Position numbers and translations under genes: made by a program
Shown: positions 27,886 through 37,963 of the stretch, piece after piece
How positions within the stretch are numbered: position 1 is the first letter of the stretch
Layout of the letters: every line of letters starts with the position of its first letter
Notes under the pieces: generated by a model
The model's input: only the letters and a program-made list of their open reading frames with translations
What the model was told of the DNA's origin: nothing
Database searches by the model: none
Assembly (NCBI GenBank): GCA_030739585.1
Contig: JASLYX010000005.1
Span: 14,804-78,803 of the forward strand
Source of the DNA: Candidatus Bathyarchaeota archaeon
Lineage (GTDB): Archaea; Thermoproteota; Bathyarchaeia; TCS64
Reading direction: 5' to 3'
Length of the DNA stretch: 64,000 bases

Positions 27886-29282
27886 TGGAAACCGAACAAT
27901 CAGGGATGATTTACAAGACCACCAGTGAAATCAAGGGCCCGATTCTTATGGTGGAGGGGGTCAAAGGAGTCGCTTTTGATGAGATTGTGAACATCAGGAG
28001 ACCCACTGGAGAAATAGTGACTGGTTCTGTTTTGGACGTTAGCAGGGACTGGGCAATGGTTCAGTGTTTTGGGGACACCAGCGGGATGGACCTAAACGTC
28101 CAGATAAGGTTCACCGGGGAGACTCTAAAGATTCCAATGAGTGAGGAGCTCATCGGCAGGGTCTTCAGCGGCAGCTTCCAGCCCCTAGACGGCATACCTG
28201 TCCCACTGAGCACAGACCGGAGAGATGTAAATGGCGGGACCATCAACCCTGCAGCCAGAGATGTCCCTAGCGAGTTCATCCAGACCGGGATCAGCGCCAT
28301 CGACGGTATGAACAGCCTCGTCCGTGGCCAGAAGCTTCCCATCTTCAGCGAGTCAGGTCTGCCTCACAACGTGATGGCCGCCCAGATCGCACGGCAGGCT
28401 ACTATCCCCGGCCAAGAGACTGACTTCGCCATTGTCTTTGGGGCCATGGGAATAAAAAATGAGGAAGCAGACTATTTCAGAGCGGAGTTCGAGAAAACCG
28501 GGGCTCTGAGCAAGTCCGTTCTCGTTCTCAACCTCGCGGATGACCCACCAATCGAACGTATCGTCACCCCCCGTATCGCCCAGACTATCGCAGAATACCT
28601 CGCATTCGACTTGGGGATGCACGTCCTCGTCATCCTAACCGACATGACCAACTACGCGGAGGCACTCCGAACGATCAGCATCGCGAGGGAGGAGGTTCCT
28701 ACTCGTAAAGGTTATCCAGGCTACCTCTACAGCGACCTCGCTACTATCTACGAAAGGGCGGGCAGGATACAGGGTAGACCAGGCTCTGTAACCCTGATGC
28801 CTATACTTTCAATGCCTGCAGGGGATAAGACTCATCCAGTCCCGGACCTTACAGGCTATATCACTGAGGGGCAGCTTATTTTGGAGCGGGAACTTAGCCT
28901 CAGAGGAATCTACCCCCCAATGAATCCTCTCCCGAGTCTCAGCAGACTCATGAAAGATGGCATCGGTGAGGAGACCACTCGAGAGGATCACCAGGACGTT
29001 TCCAACCAGCTCTACATGGCTTACGCTGAGGGTACAAGAGCCCGCGGTTTAGTCCGAATCGTCGGAGAGGTGGGTCTAAGCGACAGGGAAAGGACGTGGC
29101 TAAGATTCGCTGACCGTTTCGAGCAAGAATTCGTGAATCAAGGTCCATACGAGAATAGGAGCATCGAGCAGACCCTGGGAGTAGCCTGGGACTTACTCTC
29201 AATTCTCCCCGAGGAGGACCTAATACGCATCAGGGAGAATTATATCACAAAGTACCACCCGGCTCACAAGAGTGAAAAATAG
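27885..29282 (+). CDS. atpB: A/V-type ATP synthase subunit B
   Basis: [48 protein letters not shown]. Confidence 0.97.
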   Translation: METEQSGMIYKTTSEIKGPILMVEGVKGVAFDEIVNIRRPTGEIVTGSVLDVSRDWAMVQCFGDTSGMDLNVQIRFTGETLKIPMSEELIGRVFSGSFQPLDGIPVPLSTDRRDVNGGTINPAARDVPSEFIQTGISAIDGMNSLVRGQKLPIFSESGLPHNVMAAQIARQATIPGQETDFAIVFGAMGIKNEEADYFRAEFEKTGALSKSVLVLNLADDPPIERIVTPRIAQTIAEYLAFDLGMHVLVILTDMTNYAEALRTISIAREEVPTRKGYPGYLYSDLATIYERAGRIQGRPGSVTLMPILSMPAGDKTHPVPDLTGYITEGQLILERELSLRGIYPPMNPLPSLSRLMKDGIGEETTREDHQDVSNQLYMAYAEGTRARGLVRIVGEVGLSDRERTWLRFADRFEQEFVNQGPYENRSIEQTLGVAWDLLSILPEEDLIRIRENYITKYHPAHKSEK

Positions 29283-29899
29283 TGTCCGCCACCACTGGAA
29301 TACGGCCCACTAAGGGCTTCCTCATGGAGATGAAACGGAGGATCGGATTCATCGAAAAGGGCACTGAGTTCCTGAAACTGAAGAGGGATCACCTTGCGAA
29401 AGAACTCACATCCTCCATTGACGTTCTAAAGGGGCGGAGGAACAAACTCCTAGAGGAGCTCCAGGTAGCCTACAGGGGTGTTACTGCGGCCTATATCAGC
29501 TTAGGTCCAACTGAGGTGACGAGTCAGGCGAGTTCTCTCAAGAGCGGCCTTGAAATAGAGGTTCTCCCTAGAGCTACTATGGGTGTAAGGTACCCATTCA
29601 TCAAGGTAGACAAAGACCCCCAGATCGCTGGGGAGCTAGACATCACGTTGAATGAGGCAGCAGAGAAGGTAATGGGTATTCTCAAGGACATCATCCAGAT
29701 CGCAGAATTCGAGGCGAGGGCCGAGAGGATCGCGGACGAGCTGGGAAAGACCAACAGGAAGGTGAACGCATTGGAGAACACCATCATACCGAGATATAAG
29801 GCAATCATTAAGTTCATCGAAGACAAGCTCGACGAGGAGGCTTTGGAGGAGCTCGTTAGGATGAAGCTCATTGGAGGTGCGTTAGCGAAACGTCGATGA
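29282..29899 (+). CDS. atpD: A/V-type ATP synthase subunit D
   Basis: RPTKGFL...LKLKRD, KTNRKVNALE. Confidence 0.93.
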   Translation: MSATTGIRPTKGFLMEMKRRIGFIEKGTEFLKLKRDHLAKELTSSIDVLKGRRNKLLEELQVAYRGVTAAYISLGPTEVTSQASSLKSGLEIEVLPRATMGVRYPFIKVDKDPQIAGELDITLNEAAEKVMGILKDIIQIAEFEARAERIADELGKTNRKVNALENTIIPRYKAIIKFIEDKLDEEALEELVRMKLIGGALAKRR

Positions 29900-30936
29900 A
29901 AATGGGCCTCCACTATGTAGTGATTAGGAGCCACGCTCTCATAGCTGACCTTTTGGCCCCAGAGGAGATGGGCAAGCTCGCAGAGCAAGGGTCTATCGTG
30001 GACTTTATCGAGAAACTCTCGGGGACTATCTACGGCACCATAATAGTCGGGGAGAGGGGCGATCCCTCCATCGCCCTGGAAAAGGAGTTCTATCTCAGGT
30101 TCATCGAGAGGATGACTAAAATCGTGGATATCACTCCAAAAAAGATGGGGGCGTTCCTCCAAGCCTACTACTATTTGAGGTTTGAGACCCTCAACCTCAA
30201 GAGGATCCTCAGGGGCAAGTTCAGTGAACTCCCTATGGAGACCATCAAAAGTTATCTCGTTCCCATGGAGCCCTACCAAACCCCAGATTATGAGGGGCTG
30301 GTGGAGGCAGATAGCATCGAGGAGACCGTGAAGATGCTCCAGGGGACACCCTACGCTGGAATCGAGGCGAGCTTGGAGGTCGCCCGACGGTACGATGCCA
30401 TTTGGCCCATGGAGCAAGCGCTCAATCAGCTATACGCCATCACCGTGCTTGAGTCTCTGGATTCTCTTTCTAGGACCGATAGATCCCTAGTTAGGAGTAT
30501 ATTGACGTTCGAGGTCAACATCGAGAACCTCCTAAATGCGATTAAGCACAGGAGGCACAGGAAGGATGACTTAGAGGCCAAAAAGATCGAGGAACTCTTT
30601 CCTATCACTTTTGACATTGACCTCAAAAAGATCAAGGCCCTAATCCATGCAGAGGATCTCAATGAGGCCATTGATGACCTCGGAGATCCCTATACCAAGA
30701 TACTCTCCCCAATATACACGGGTGACGTCGCATTGATCAGGGCTAGGGTCCGGAGGTACATCTACGAGATCGTTAGTAATCGCCGAGCCGCGAAGAACTT
30801 CGGATTCAATGTGATTATGGCGTACCTGATCTTCAGTGAGCTCGAAAAAGACGACCTCGTCGGGATAGCTTGGGGAATAACTCAGGGGATCACTGCTGAC
30901 GAAATGACTAAATATCTCTCGGTTTCTGGGCGATGA
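29896..30936 (+). CDS. atpC: A/V-type ATP synthase subunit C
   Basis: RFETLNLKRILRGK, operon context, ~346 aa. Confidence 0.85.
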   Translation: MKMGLHYVVIRSHALIADLLAPEEMGKLAEQGSIVDFIEKLSGTIYGTIIVGERGDPSIALEKEFYLRFIERMTKIVDITPKKMGAFLQAYYYLRFETLNLKRILRGKFSELPMETIKSYLVPMEPYQTPDYEGLVEADSIEETVKMLQGTPYAGIEASLEVARRYDAIWPMEQALNQLYAITVLESLDSLSRTDRSLVRSILTFEVNIENLLNAIKHRRHRKDDLEAKKIEELFPITFDIDLKKIKALIHAEDLNEAIDDLGDPYTKILSPIYTGDVALIRARVRRYIYEIVSNRRAAKNFGFNVIMAYLIFSELEKDDLVGIAWGITQGITADEMTKYLSVSGR

Positions 30937-30938
30937 AT

Positions 30939-31021
30939 CAAGGGGATAATCCCTCTATTTTTTTCTATAATAGAAATAATTCAATATACTAACTGGTTAA
31001 AAAAAATAAAAAAGAAAAAAA
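30939..31021. terminator. Probable bidirectional terminator between convergent atpC and atpK
   Basis: Short GGG/CCC hairpin plus T-run on + strand; long A-runs (T-runs on - strand) at 30999-31021. Confidence 0.45.
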
Positions 31022-31038
31022 GGGTGAAATCGTCGCGC

Positions 31039-31485
31039 CTATCCGCTGCTTAGCAGGATAGCCACGATCAATCCGTAAATGGCCAAACCCTCTCCAAGGG
31101 CGATGAAAAGCAGTGACCAGATCGAGAGCTCAGGTCTCTCGGTGATCATCGCCGCGCCTGCCTTTGCAGCCACCATTATAGCTAGTGCTGCAGCAAAGCT
31201 AGCGCCAATCATTGTCATCGCTCCTGTCAGGAGAGGCCAAGCCGATTCAGGAATCATGCCACCTTCACCTCCAAAGGTTATCACTAAAACGAAGAGAAGA
31301 TCTACGACCATCAGGAATGCTCCAAAGGCACTTAGGGCAGTTCCCCAAACGGTGCCTTTTCCCTCAACCTCTGCTGAGGCTCCAATGATTCCTCCCTGCG
31401 TAAAACACCATGCGCCCGCCAGCATCGTTACTCCGATCGCGATCACAGGTGGTAATAGGGACACGCTATAATCGTCTCCCCGCAT
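31039..31485 (-). CDS. atpK: A/V-type ATP synthase proteolipid c/K (two hairpins, one canonical Glu)
   Basis: C-terminal AGAAMITERPE...ALGEGLAIYGLIVAILL; N-terminal hairpin aligns to it with A in place of E. Confidence 0.85.
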   Translation of the reverse strand: MRGDDYSVSLLPPVIAIGVTMLAGAWCFTQGGIIGASAEVEGKGTVWGTALSAFGAFLMVVDLLFVLVITFGGEGGMIPESAWPLLTGAMTMIGASFAAALAIMVAAKAGAAMITERPELSIWSLLFIALGEGLAIYGLIVAILLSSG

Positions 31486-31599
31486 TTCGTTGCGTCTTTA
31501 AGGTTCTCATGAACATCAAGTGCATTTTTCCACCTCGTTCTCCTATCAATTACTGCTTATGCATATAACTTTTTTCACACAGAAAGAAAAGAAAAAGTT

Positions 31600-33798
31600 T
31601 TAGTTATTAGACTTTTTTGCGAAACTCATCGCGTAGGGCTTAAAGCGTACTCCTCCACCTTGGAAGAACTTTCCCATAAACTCGTAATAGAGCAGCCTCA
31701 GTGACTGTACTGCGCTTGAGACGAACTCAAAGCTCAGTGCGACGACGTTCATAATGACTAGGCCGATTCCCGCAATCCCAAGGGAGTTAGATAGGGCCAC
31801 TGCGGCGATGGCTAGGCTTGCGTGAGCGAGAGCGAACGCCGCAATCCTGAGGAAGCTGAAGAGGTTAGCTAGTCCCTCGACGAAAGTCAATAAGAGTCCT
31901 CCGACCCCCAAGCCTATAGCGTCAACCCCCACCCCGTGCCCGTGGTACACAGAGTGAATCACAGGCTCTATGAAGCTGAGTAACAATCCGACCAGCGCCA
32001 GGATGAACCAGGGGCTTCCCATTGCCGCCATGAAGTTCATGCCAATACTGATAAAGTGCATCGCTGTCATATACAGGCCAATTATATAGAGTATCATCCC
32101 TAGTCCATGCTCTCCAAGAGCCCCAATCGGATTTCCCTTCTTGATCTCATTGTAAGCACCTAGAATTAGGCCAAAAATAACCTCAATTGTGGCAATCTTG
32201 AATACAAGGAGCATCAGAGTCGTGGTTTCGTGCACCGGGTTTGGCATGATAGGATAATGAAACGGTAACACGATGTGGCTAGCGTGGAGCCAGTGAGTGA
32301 TTCCATGTTCGATCAGGAAGAACGAGTCAAACATAAATCCAAAAATAATTGCCGATAAACCCATTGGCATCATGATACCTCCTAACCTATACATCATCCC
32401 CCCTCCAACCTCCTTATTTTTCCGCCAAAGATATACGCCTATCAACAAGAACAAGAGACCCTGGCCGATGTCTCCATACATGAGACCAAACTGGAACGCA
32501 AAGACTACTATACTTATGTAGGCTGGGTTCACTTCACTCGCTGAGGGCCATCCTCTAAGATATGTGAGGATCCAAGCGGGCTTTAGGATCGCGGGCATAT
32601 TTGGCTCCGGATTAGGGATATTTTGATCATCTGAGCTGGGTGAATCTAAGGTGATATACATTTTCTCCCCCACGCTCGCCTCGACATCCTCGATGGCCTG
32701 CTCGAGCTCGGTCACTTTATAGTCTGGCACCCAACCTTGAATAACACTGATCACTTTGGTCCGGAGAACGGGAGGTTTCTTATGGGAGAGGATCTTCAGG
32801 ATCTTGTCGATATATGAGATCCTGCCAATCCCAATGGACTGCTCGCCTTGAATCTTTGCGATTTTGACTGCAGTCTCTTTTTCATAATCCTCCAAGATTA
32901 CTGCATATTTCCCCTTAAGCTCTTCAACCTTGGAGTTGTGAGCGTCTTCTGCGACTTTTATTTTGTCCTCTTCAGTCTTAATATTATGGCCGTATTTCTC
33001 TTCCTGGGTTTTCTTTAGTGCTTCCTCGTATTTTTTGAGGACCTCATTCCGTTTTTTCGGATCCAGCACAAGGAGCACATCTCTATTGTCGAGGATGTCA
33101 AATACATCCTCCACCTCAAAAACCAGGAACAGTGCTTCGACCCACTTCCGCCCCTCCTCGGGGCCGAATATAAACAGGAAACTCTTGTTGGGGCCTGCAT
33201 CCACTTCCTTGAAGAAAATTTTAGGGTATCTTTTGAGATACTCCTTTAGCTTCGGGATGAGTTTGTTTTTAGTGAGGCCTACCGCGAAGCAACTCTTGAA
33301 CTCTTCCGGTTCTAAGGCTCTCACTGACTCGAGCTTTCCTCTCGCGCCGTTGATCTTTCTGGTTAAAGCATATGCGCTCTCCTTTGCTTCCTCGAACTTT
33401 ATGGTCTCCTCCGCTATTGAGGACTGTAGCTCAGCAATGATCTCCTCGCGCTGCTGCTGTCGTAACTCTCTGATATCATCGAGTTGCTGTATCAGGCCTT
33501 CCAATTCCCCAAGGACACTGTTTATCTCCTCCTCAGGATTGGCGTGGAATCTCCTCAAGTCTTCGTTGCTAGGTAGAACGCTTTCTAATTCTCCCTTACT
33601 CAAATCTAGGAGCTTTTGGTAGCTGACATGAACTTTGTCGTAGAGTTCCCTATAATCGACTTGTTGGTCCTCGTCGTAGAGATCCTCAAATCCTGGTCCA
33701 GTCGCCTTTTTCAGCTGAGTGACGCGAGCTTTACCCATTGACTCTAGTACTAGGCTCTCGTATTCAGGGGGAGTAATGATAGTAACTTTCTTCATCAA
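31600..33798 (-). CDS. atpI: A/V-type ATP synthase subunit I/a
   Basis: MKKVTII, IQGWVP, FGLMYGDIGQG, FSFLRIAAFALAH, QSLRLLYYEFMGKFFQGGG. Confidence 0.93.
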   Translation of the reverse strand: MMKKVTIITPPEYESLVLESMGKARVTQLKKATGPGFEDLYDEDQQVDYRELYDKVHVSYQKLLDLSKGELESVLPSNEDLRRFHANPEEEINSVLGELEGLIQQLDDIRELRQQQREEIIAELQSSIAEETIKFEEAKESAYALTRKINGARGKLESVRALEPEEFKSCFAVGLTKNKLIPKLKEYLKRYPKIFFKEVDAGPNKSFLFIFGPEEGRKWVEALFLVFEVEDVFDILDNRDVLLVLDPKKRNEVLKKYEEALKKTQEEKYGHNIKTEEDKIKVAEDAHNSKVEELKGKYAVILEDYEKETAVKIAKIQGEQSIGIGRISYIDKILKILSHKKPPVLRTKVISVIQGWVPDYKVTELEQAIEDVEASVGEKMYITLDSPSSDDQNIPNPEPNMPAILKPAWILTYLRGWPSASEVNPAYISIVVFAFQFGLMYGDIGQGLLFLLIGVYLWRKNKEVGGGMMYRLGGIMMPMGLSAIIFGFMFDSFFLIEHGITHWLHASHIVLPFHYPIMPNPVHETTTLMLLVFKIATIEVIFGLILGAYNEIKKGNPIGALGEHGLGMILYIIGLYMTAMHFISIGMNFMAAMGSPWFILALVGLLLSFIEPVIHSVYHGHGVGVDAIGLGVGGLLLTFVEGLANLFSFLRIAAFALAHASLAIAAVALSNSLGIAGIGLVIMNVVALSFEFVSSAVQSLRLLYYEFMGKFFQGGGVRFKPYAMSFAKKSNN

Positions 33799-34119
33799 GG
33801 CGGTTCACCTATAGAACACCGTTTTTGATAAAAAGGTTTCCTAGCTGCACACAAATGCATGAGGCTCTCAACAACTTGGTCTTTTAACTCCCCTTCGGAA
33901 AAACTGTGCAGAAGAAGGTAGGTGACTAGATGGAGACCGCCGTGATTGTGTCTCTCTCAACCCCATTCTAATGAATTTCCTGTAACAGTTTTACAGTTCC
34001 TCTTAATCCTGTTCTCCTGTATCCTTCTTTCTTATTGCCGTCAAGCTCTAGCTTCTTCAGGATAGCTATGAGGGCACTAGCCATTGCACGCGCGAAAGTT
34101 ATGGGAGAAAAGTATATCC

Positions 34120-34395
34120 TTATTTAGACTCCTTTAATGCAACGGAGATTTCCTGCAGCCCTAATTCGTCGAGAAGCTGTAACGTCATAGGTGCGTCGAC
34201 CTTTATTGCTCCCTCAATAAGGGTCTCAATGCCACTCTTCGTGGCCAACTGGTCCTGTCTCCAGAGGTAAATTATCTTTTTTGCCAACTCCGTCGGAATC
34301 GCGTTCTTCTCCTTAGTGTTCAGCACTATCTCAATAAGTTTTTCCGAGAGGTCCCCATGTAGCGATGAGGGTATTTTTTCAAACTTGGGCTCCAT
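34120..34395 (-). CDS. Hypothetical protein
   Basis: Protein-like helical ORF (MEPKFEKIP...IIYLWRQDQL); family not recognised. Confidence 0.65.
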   Translation of the reverse strand: MEPKFEKIPSSLHGDLSEKLIEIVLNTKEKNAIPTELAKKIIYLWRQDQLATKSGIETLIEGAIKVDAPMTLQLLDELGLQEISVALKESK

Positions 34396-34720
34396 ATTAT
34401 TTCTATATCCTATTTTCAACTGAATTATTTATTGAATTCCTTGTTCCGATCATATGAAAACCCTTTTTTCCCTGATGATTCAAAACAAATATTTAAAATA
34501 ATTGTGGATTTCTCAGATATCATACTAACCTATTAACTCTATTTAAAATATTTATCATATTTTATGACCTAAATTAACATTTATATATCAATTTTGAGTT
34601 ATATGGGGAATTCATCAACATGATTATACTTCTCATAAGCTATTTTTATAATATCTATAGAAAAAATTGAATAATATCACTACCCCTTTAAAGTATTGTT
34701 AACCTGGTATATCGTGTGAA

Positions 34721-35167
34721 ATGTCCCTCGATGTTATAGACATGAAGATAATCCAAAGTCTAACGGAAGATGCCAGGTCCACATACAAGACCATCGCGGG
34801 GGAGGCCGGAGTAAGCGAGGCGACGGTAAAAAATCGCATCGATAAGCTCAAGGAGACAGGCATAATATCCCGGTTCACGACAGTTCTTGACTATTATAAG
34901 CTTGGAAGAACCATCAAAGCCTTCATCGGGCTGAAGGTACAACCATCGAAGCTCCAAGACGTCGTGGAGGTCCTTAAGAAAAACTCGGATGTTCATGTTC
35001 TCTACAGAACCAGTGGTGACGTAGACCTCCTCCTTGAGGTAATCCTCGAGAAGATGGAGGACTTGAACGCCTTCCTAGAGCGTGAGCTAGTCTACGATGG
35101 AATCCTTGGGACCGTAGTCACCATCGTAATCGGTCCCTACAAACGATGTCCCTGGACCTGTATTTAA
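34721..35167 (+). CDS. Lrp/AsnC family transcriptional regulator
   Basis: LDVIDMKIIQSLTEDARSTYKTIA...SEATVKNRIDKL HTH plus RAM domain (SGDVDLL). Confidence 0.93.
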   Translation: MSLDVIDMKIIQSLTEDARSTYKTIAGEAGVSEATVKNRIDKLKETGIISRFTTVLDYYKLGRTIKAFIGLKVQPSKLQDVVEVLKKNSDVHVLYRTSGDVDLLLEVILEKMEDLNAFLERELVYDGILGTVVTIVIGPYKRCPWTCI

Positions 35168-35762
35168 TGCTAGGCCCCCTTTTTCTCTAGAGATTTGTAT
35201 TGCAAAACCCTCCAAATTGGCTTTATGCCCCCCAATTCTTGCCTTTAAAGTGATCTGTAAACATCCCCTAATTTACTTGGTTGGAACTGCTCATTTCTAA
35301 ACTTTCCAGGCATTACCTGATTTAGTCAAGATCCTCCAGCTTAGGGTCAAAGTCCCTAAATGATGAACATCCAATTAGCCGAGCTTTATTAGATCTAATT
35401 CCCTGAACTCAGGTTTCAGTTCCTTCCTTTTAGTGCTGTGAAGGCGCCCCCGCTCGTTATGACTTGTGCTTGATAAGGAGCGCAAGGATTTCTAGGAGCA
35501 TTACCTCTCCATTATTTTGACTCTGCTGATCTTCCCCTGTACAGCTTGTATAATTAGTAATACCTTCCCAGATCCATGAAGAAAGTCAGGGACTTGCTAT
35601 CAACCTCTTCCATGTTCTTGATGAATAAGCTCCTCTATGAATTTTCGTGCGTGCGGTCTTATAGTCAAAAACAGTAAATTTTTCCCACTTCAATCACTAA
35701 CTGTTTGATGAATATTGCAGCCTAACGAACCGTATTTATACCGAGACCTAAAGTTACAAGGG

Positions 35763-35939
35763 ATGTCCAAGCCCAACTGCGCTGTCTGCGGTAAAAAACT
35801 TGAGCCCAACGAGGTCAGGATCAATGAACGGGGCATCATTCGGAGGTCAGCCCTGAAACGATACCTGTGCTTACGCTGTCGCAGAGATGATTACAATCAA
35901 TATCAGTTATCAATAAATGAACTTATCAAAAAGCGATAA
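35763..35939 (+). CDS. Small zinc-finger protein
   Basis: CAVC...YLCLRC, 58 aa. Confidence 0.6.
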   Translation: MSKPNCAVCGKKLEPNEVRINERGIIRRSALKRYLCLRCRRDDYNQYQLSINELIKKR

Positions 35940-35954
35940 TGCTGTTTATTTGAA

Positions 35955-36198
35955 CTACCCTTTTGTATCTATCTTATGAGTCGTCGGGGGGGGACCTATC
36001 TCCTTAGTCTTTCTTATTTTCTGGAAGATGCAGTAATCCCTTTTCTTGACATTGTCGCCTTGAATGTTATACTCAAGAGTTTACGCCTTAGACCAGACCG
36101 ATACTCTTCACCTCAGAAAATGCGGTCAGTTTGATGAATATGACTTTGTCCTTGGCCGGGATAACTCTGGCCAAGGCGTAACTGATAACCCTATTCAT
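35955..36198 (-). pseudogene. Degenerate stand-alone Lrp/AsnC ligand-binding (RAM) domain gene
   Basis: MNRVISYALARVIPAKDKVIFIKLTAFSEVKSIGLV*G, then frameshift to ...DYCIFQKIRKTKEI...; resembles demi-FFRP. Confidence 0.45.
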
Positions 36199-36246
36199 TT
36201 TCTATCTCGCTTCCAACACTGAGCTGTTTCTTAGGATTTAGGTCTA

Positions 36247-36522
36247 TTAAGGTTCGGATTGAACGACTGGGGGCTTATCGTGTAGGTGCTCGATCTTCTT
36301 GATAAGGAAGAAAATAGTGACTGCGTATTGAATGATCAGGAAAAACGTTAATGCTACTACAAGGAGCTTGTTCTTGGGAGCTCTTAACAAGACAATGGGG
36401 ATAACCGCTATCATCCCTGCCATGGGTAGCAGGAGCACTGATAGGAAGACGATTTTGTTCTTCTTATAGGTCTCGTAGAAGCTAGATTGAGTGCTCATCT
36501 TTGAGGGTTCTCCAGAGACCAT
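36247..36522 (-). CDS. Small membrane protein, 2 TM
   Basis: Two hydrophobic stretches with Lys-rich flanks. Confidence 0.6.
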   Translation of the reverse strand: MVSGEPSKMSTQSSFYETYKKNKIVFLSVLLLPMAGMIAVIPIVLLRAPKNKLLVVALTFFLIIQYAVTIFFLIKKIEHLHDKPPVVQSEP

Positions 36523-36896
36523 AGAAAGAGTTACCCGAATAAAAAAATTGGTGCATGACAGAGGGGATTAGACCTTGGCCACGTGCCAAATGGATTCTGA
36601 ATGTAAAAAGCTATGGCTTTTATTATGGTTCAGTTAAAGGCATCTAGAATCTTTTCTTCTATGATTTCTGACAGCAAAGATAATACCCCCTTCTTGTAAT
36701 TACCTTCCCGCAACGCGCGTGTTGGCTAACTTGAGTCTGATAGAGTCAAGTCTTCAACTGTCATGTGTAGACATATATGTTGAACAATTAGCCCTATTCA
36801 TGTCACGTGCTGTTTTTCAACTTTATCTTCCTTAACTCAGCTTCTGCTAGTTGTTCCGCGCGTGAATCAAATGAAAATGGTGAATTATAGTCTAGC

Positions 36897-37841
36897 TTAG
36901 GGGGCAGGTGGAGTCACCGTCAGTTCCTCGTTGATCTCTACCCGATCCCGCAGCGTAACCTCCAAGCCCTTGAGCCTGTTCCTGAGGGTGACTTCTGTGG
37001 TCCCTGCTGCGGAGGCGACCTCCTTCTGAATCTTTTTGTCATCCATTTCGATGCAGGCCATGTATAAAGCTGCGGCAGCGATCCCTCTCGGGTCCTTTCC
37101 TGACAGGCCCCTTCTCTCTTTGGCCCGCATCAATATATCCACTGCAAACCTCTCGGTGTCCGGCTTCAGGTTGAGTTTTGAGGCGATACCAGAGACAAAC
37201 TTCATAGGGTCGTCGATAGGCATTTTTAGCTTTAGCTGCCTATGGAGTAGCCTATAGGACCGGGAGACCTCGGAGTGCTCTCGTATGCTGGCCTTGGAGA
37301 TCCCCTTGAGAGGTCTAGGCACTTTGCGTTGCCGACATGCTGCGTATAAACTAGCCGCGACAAAGGCATCTATGGAGCGGCCGCGGATCAGGTCGGCCTT
37401 GAGAGCCTGACGGTAAATGAGGGCTGCACTCTCCTTAACCATTTTGGGTATCGAGAGAACAGTTGAGAGTCTGTCGAGCTCTGCCATGGCGATGCTCAAG
37501 TTCCTTCCCCAGGTGTCGTCAAGCTTTGACCGTGTGTCGTATCGCTTAAGCTTCTTCATCATGTTCCTAGTGTCTACTGTGAGCTTGTTTCCACGGGCGT
37601 CCCTGCCTCCCTTGAAGCTTGTTGAGAGCCCCATGTCATATATTGTGTATGATCTTGCCATTCCGACCCTAGTTCTAGTCTCCCTTTCGGCGCTAGTAAA
37701 TGCCCTCCATTCAGGCCCTAGGTCGATAAATTCATCGTTCAATACTAGACCGCATTGACCACAGACCTCCTCTCCGGCTTCTGGGTCTGCGATTATGTTC
37801 ATGCTACCACACTTTGTACAGCCTCTCATGTTTTTTTTCAT
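36897..37841 (-). CDS. tfb: Transcription initiation factor IIB (TFB paralog 1)
   Basis: CTKC...CGQC Zn ribbon, GPEWRAF, LIRGRSI, GKDPRGIAAAALY, TEVTLRNR. Confidence 0.95.
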   Translation of the reverse strand: MKKNMRGCTKCGSMNIIADPEAGEEVCGQCGLVLNDEFIDLGPEWRAFTSAERETRTRVGMARSYTIYDMGLSTSFKGGRDARGNKLTVDTRNMMKKLKRYDTRSKLDDTWGRNLSIAMAELDRLSTVLSIPKMVKESAALIYRQALKADLIRGRSIDAFVAASLYAACRQRKVPRPLKGISKASIREHSEVSRSYRLLHRQLKLKMPIDDPMKFVSGIASKLNLKPDTERFAVDILMRAKERRGLSGKDPRGIAAAALYMACIEMDDKKIQKEVASAAGTTEVTLRNRLKGLEVTLRDRVEINEELTVTPPAP

Positions 37842-37963
37842 TTTTTCACCTTAACTAGCCTTGGAACCGTGATTTTTCTCCGCCAAAATATGATAATATG
37901 GATAATTTACCCATACGTAAAATATATATATCTCTCTATGATAAAAACCTTTCGGGAAATAAC

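Noticed and set aside
29524-30417. 297-aa antisense ORF (and other antisense ORFs in the track)
   Set aside because: Shadow of atpD/atpC with no motifs; the same reasoning applies to the other ORFs lying opposite well-supported genes.
35170-35700. Possible decayed gene downstream of lrp
   Set aside because: Only short broken frames; no recognisable family.
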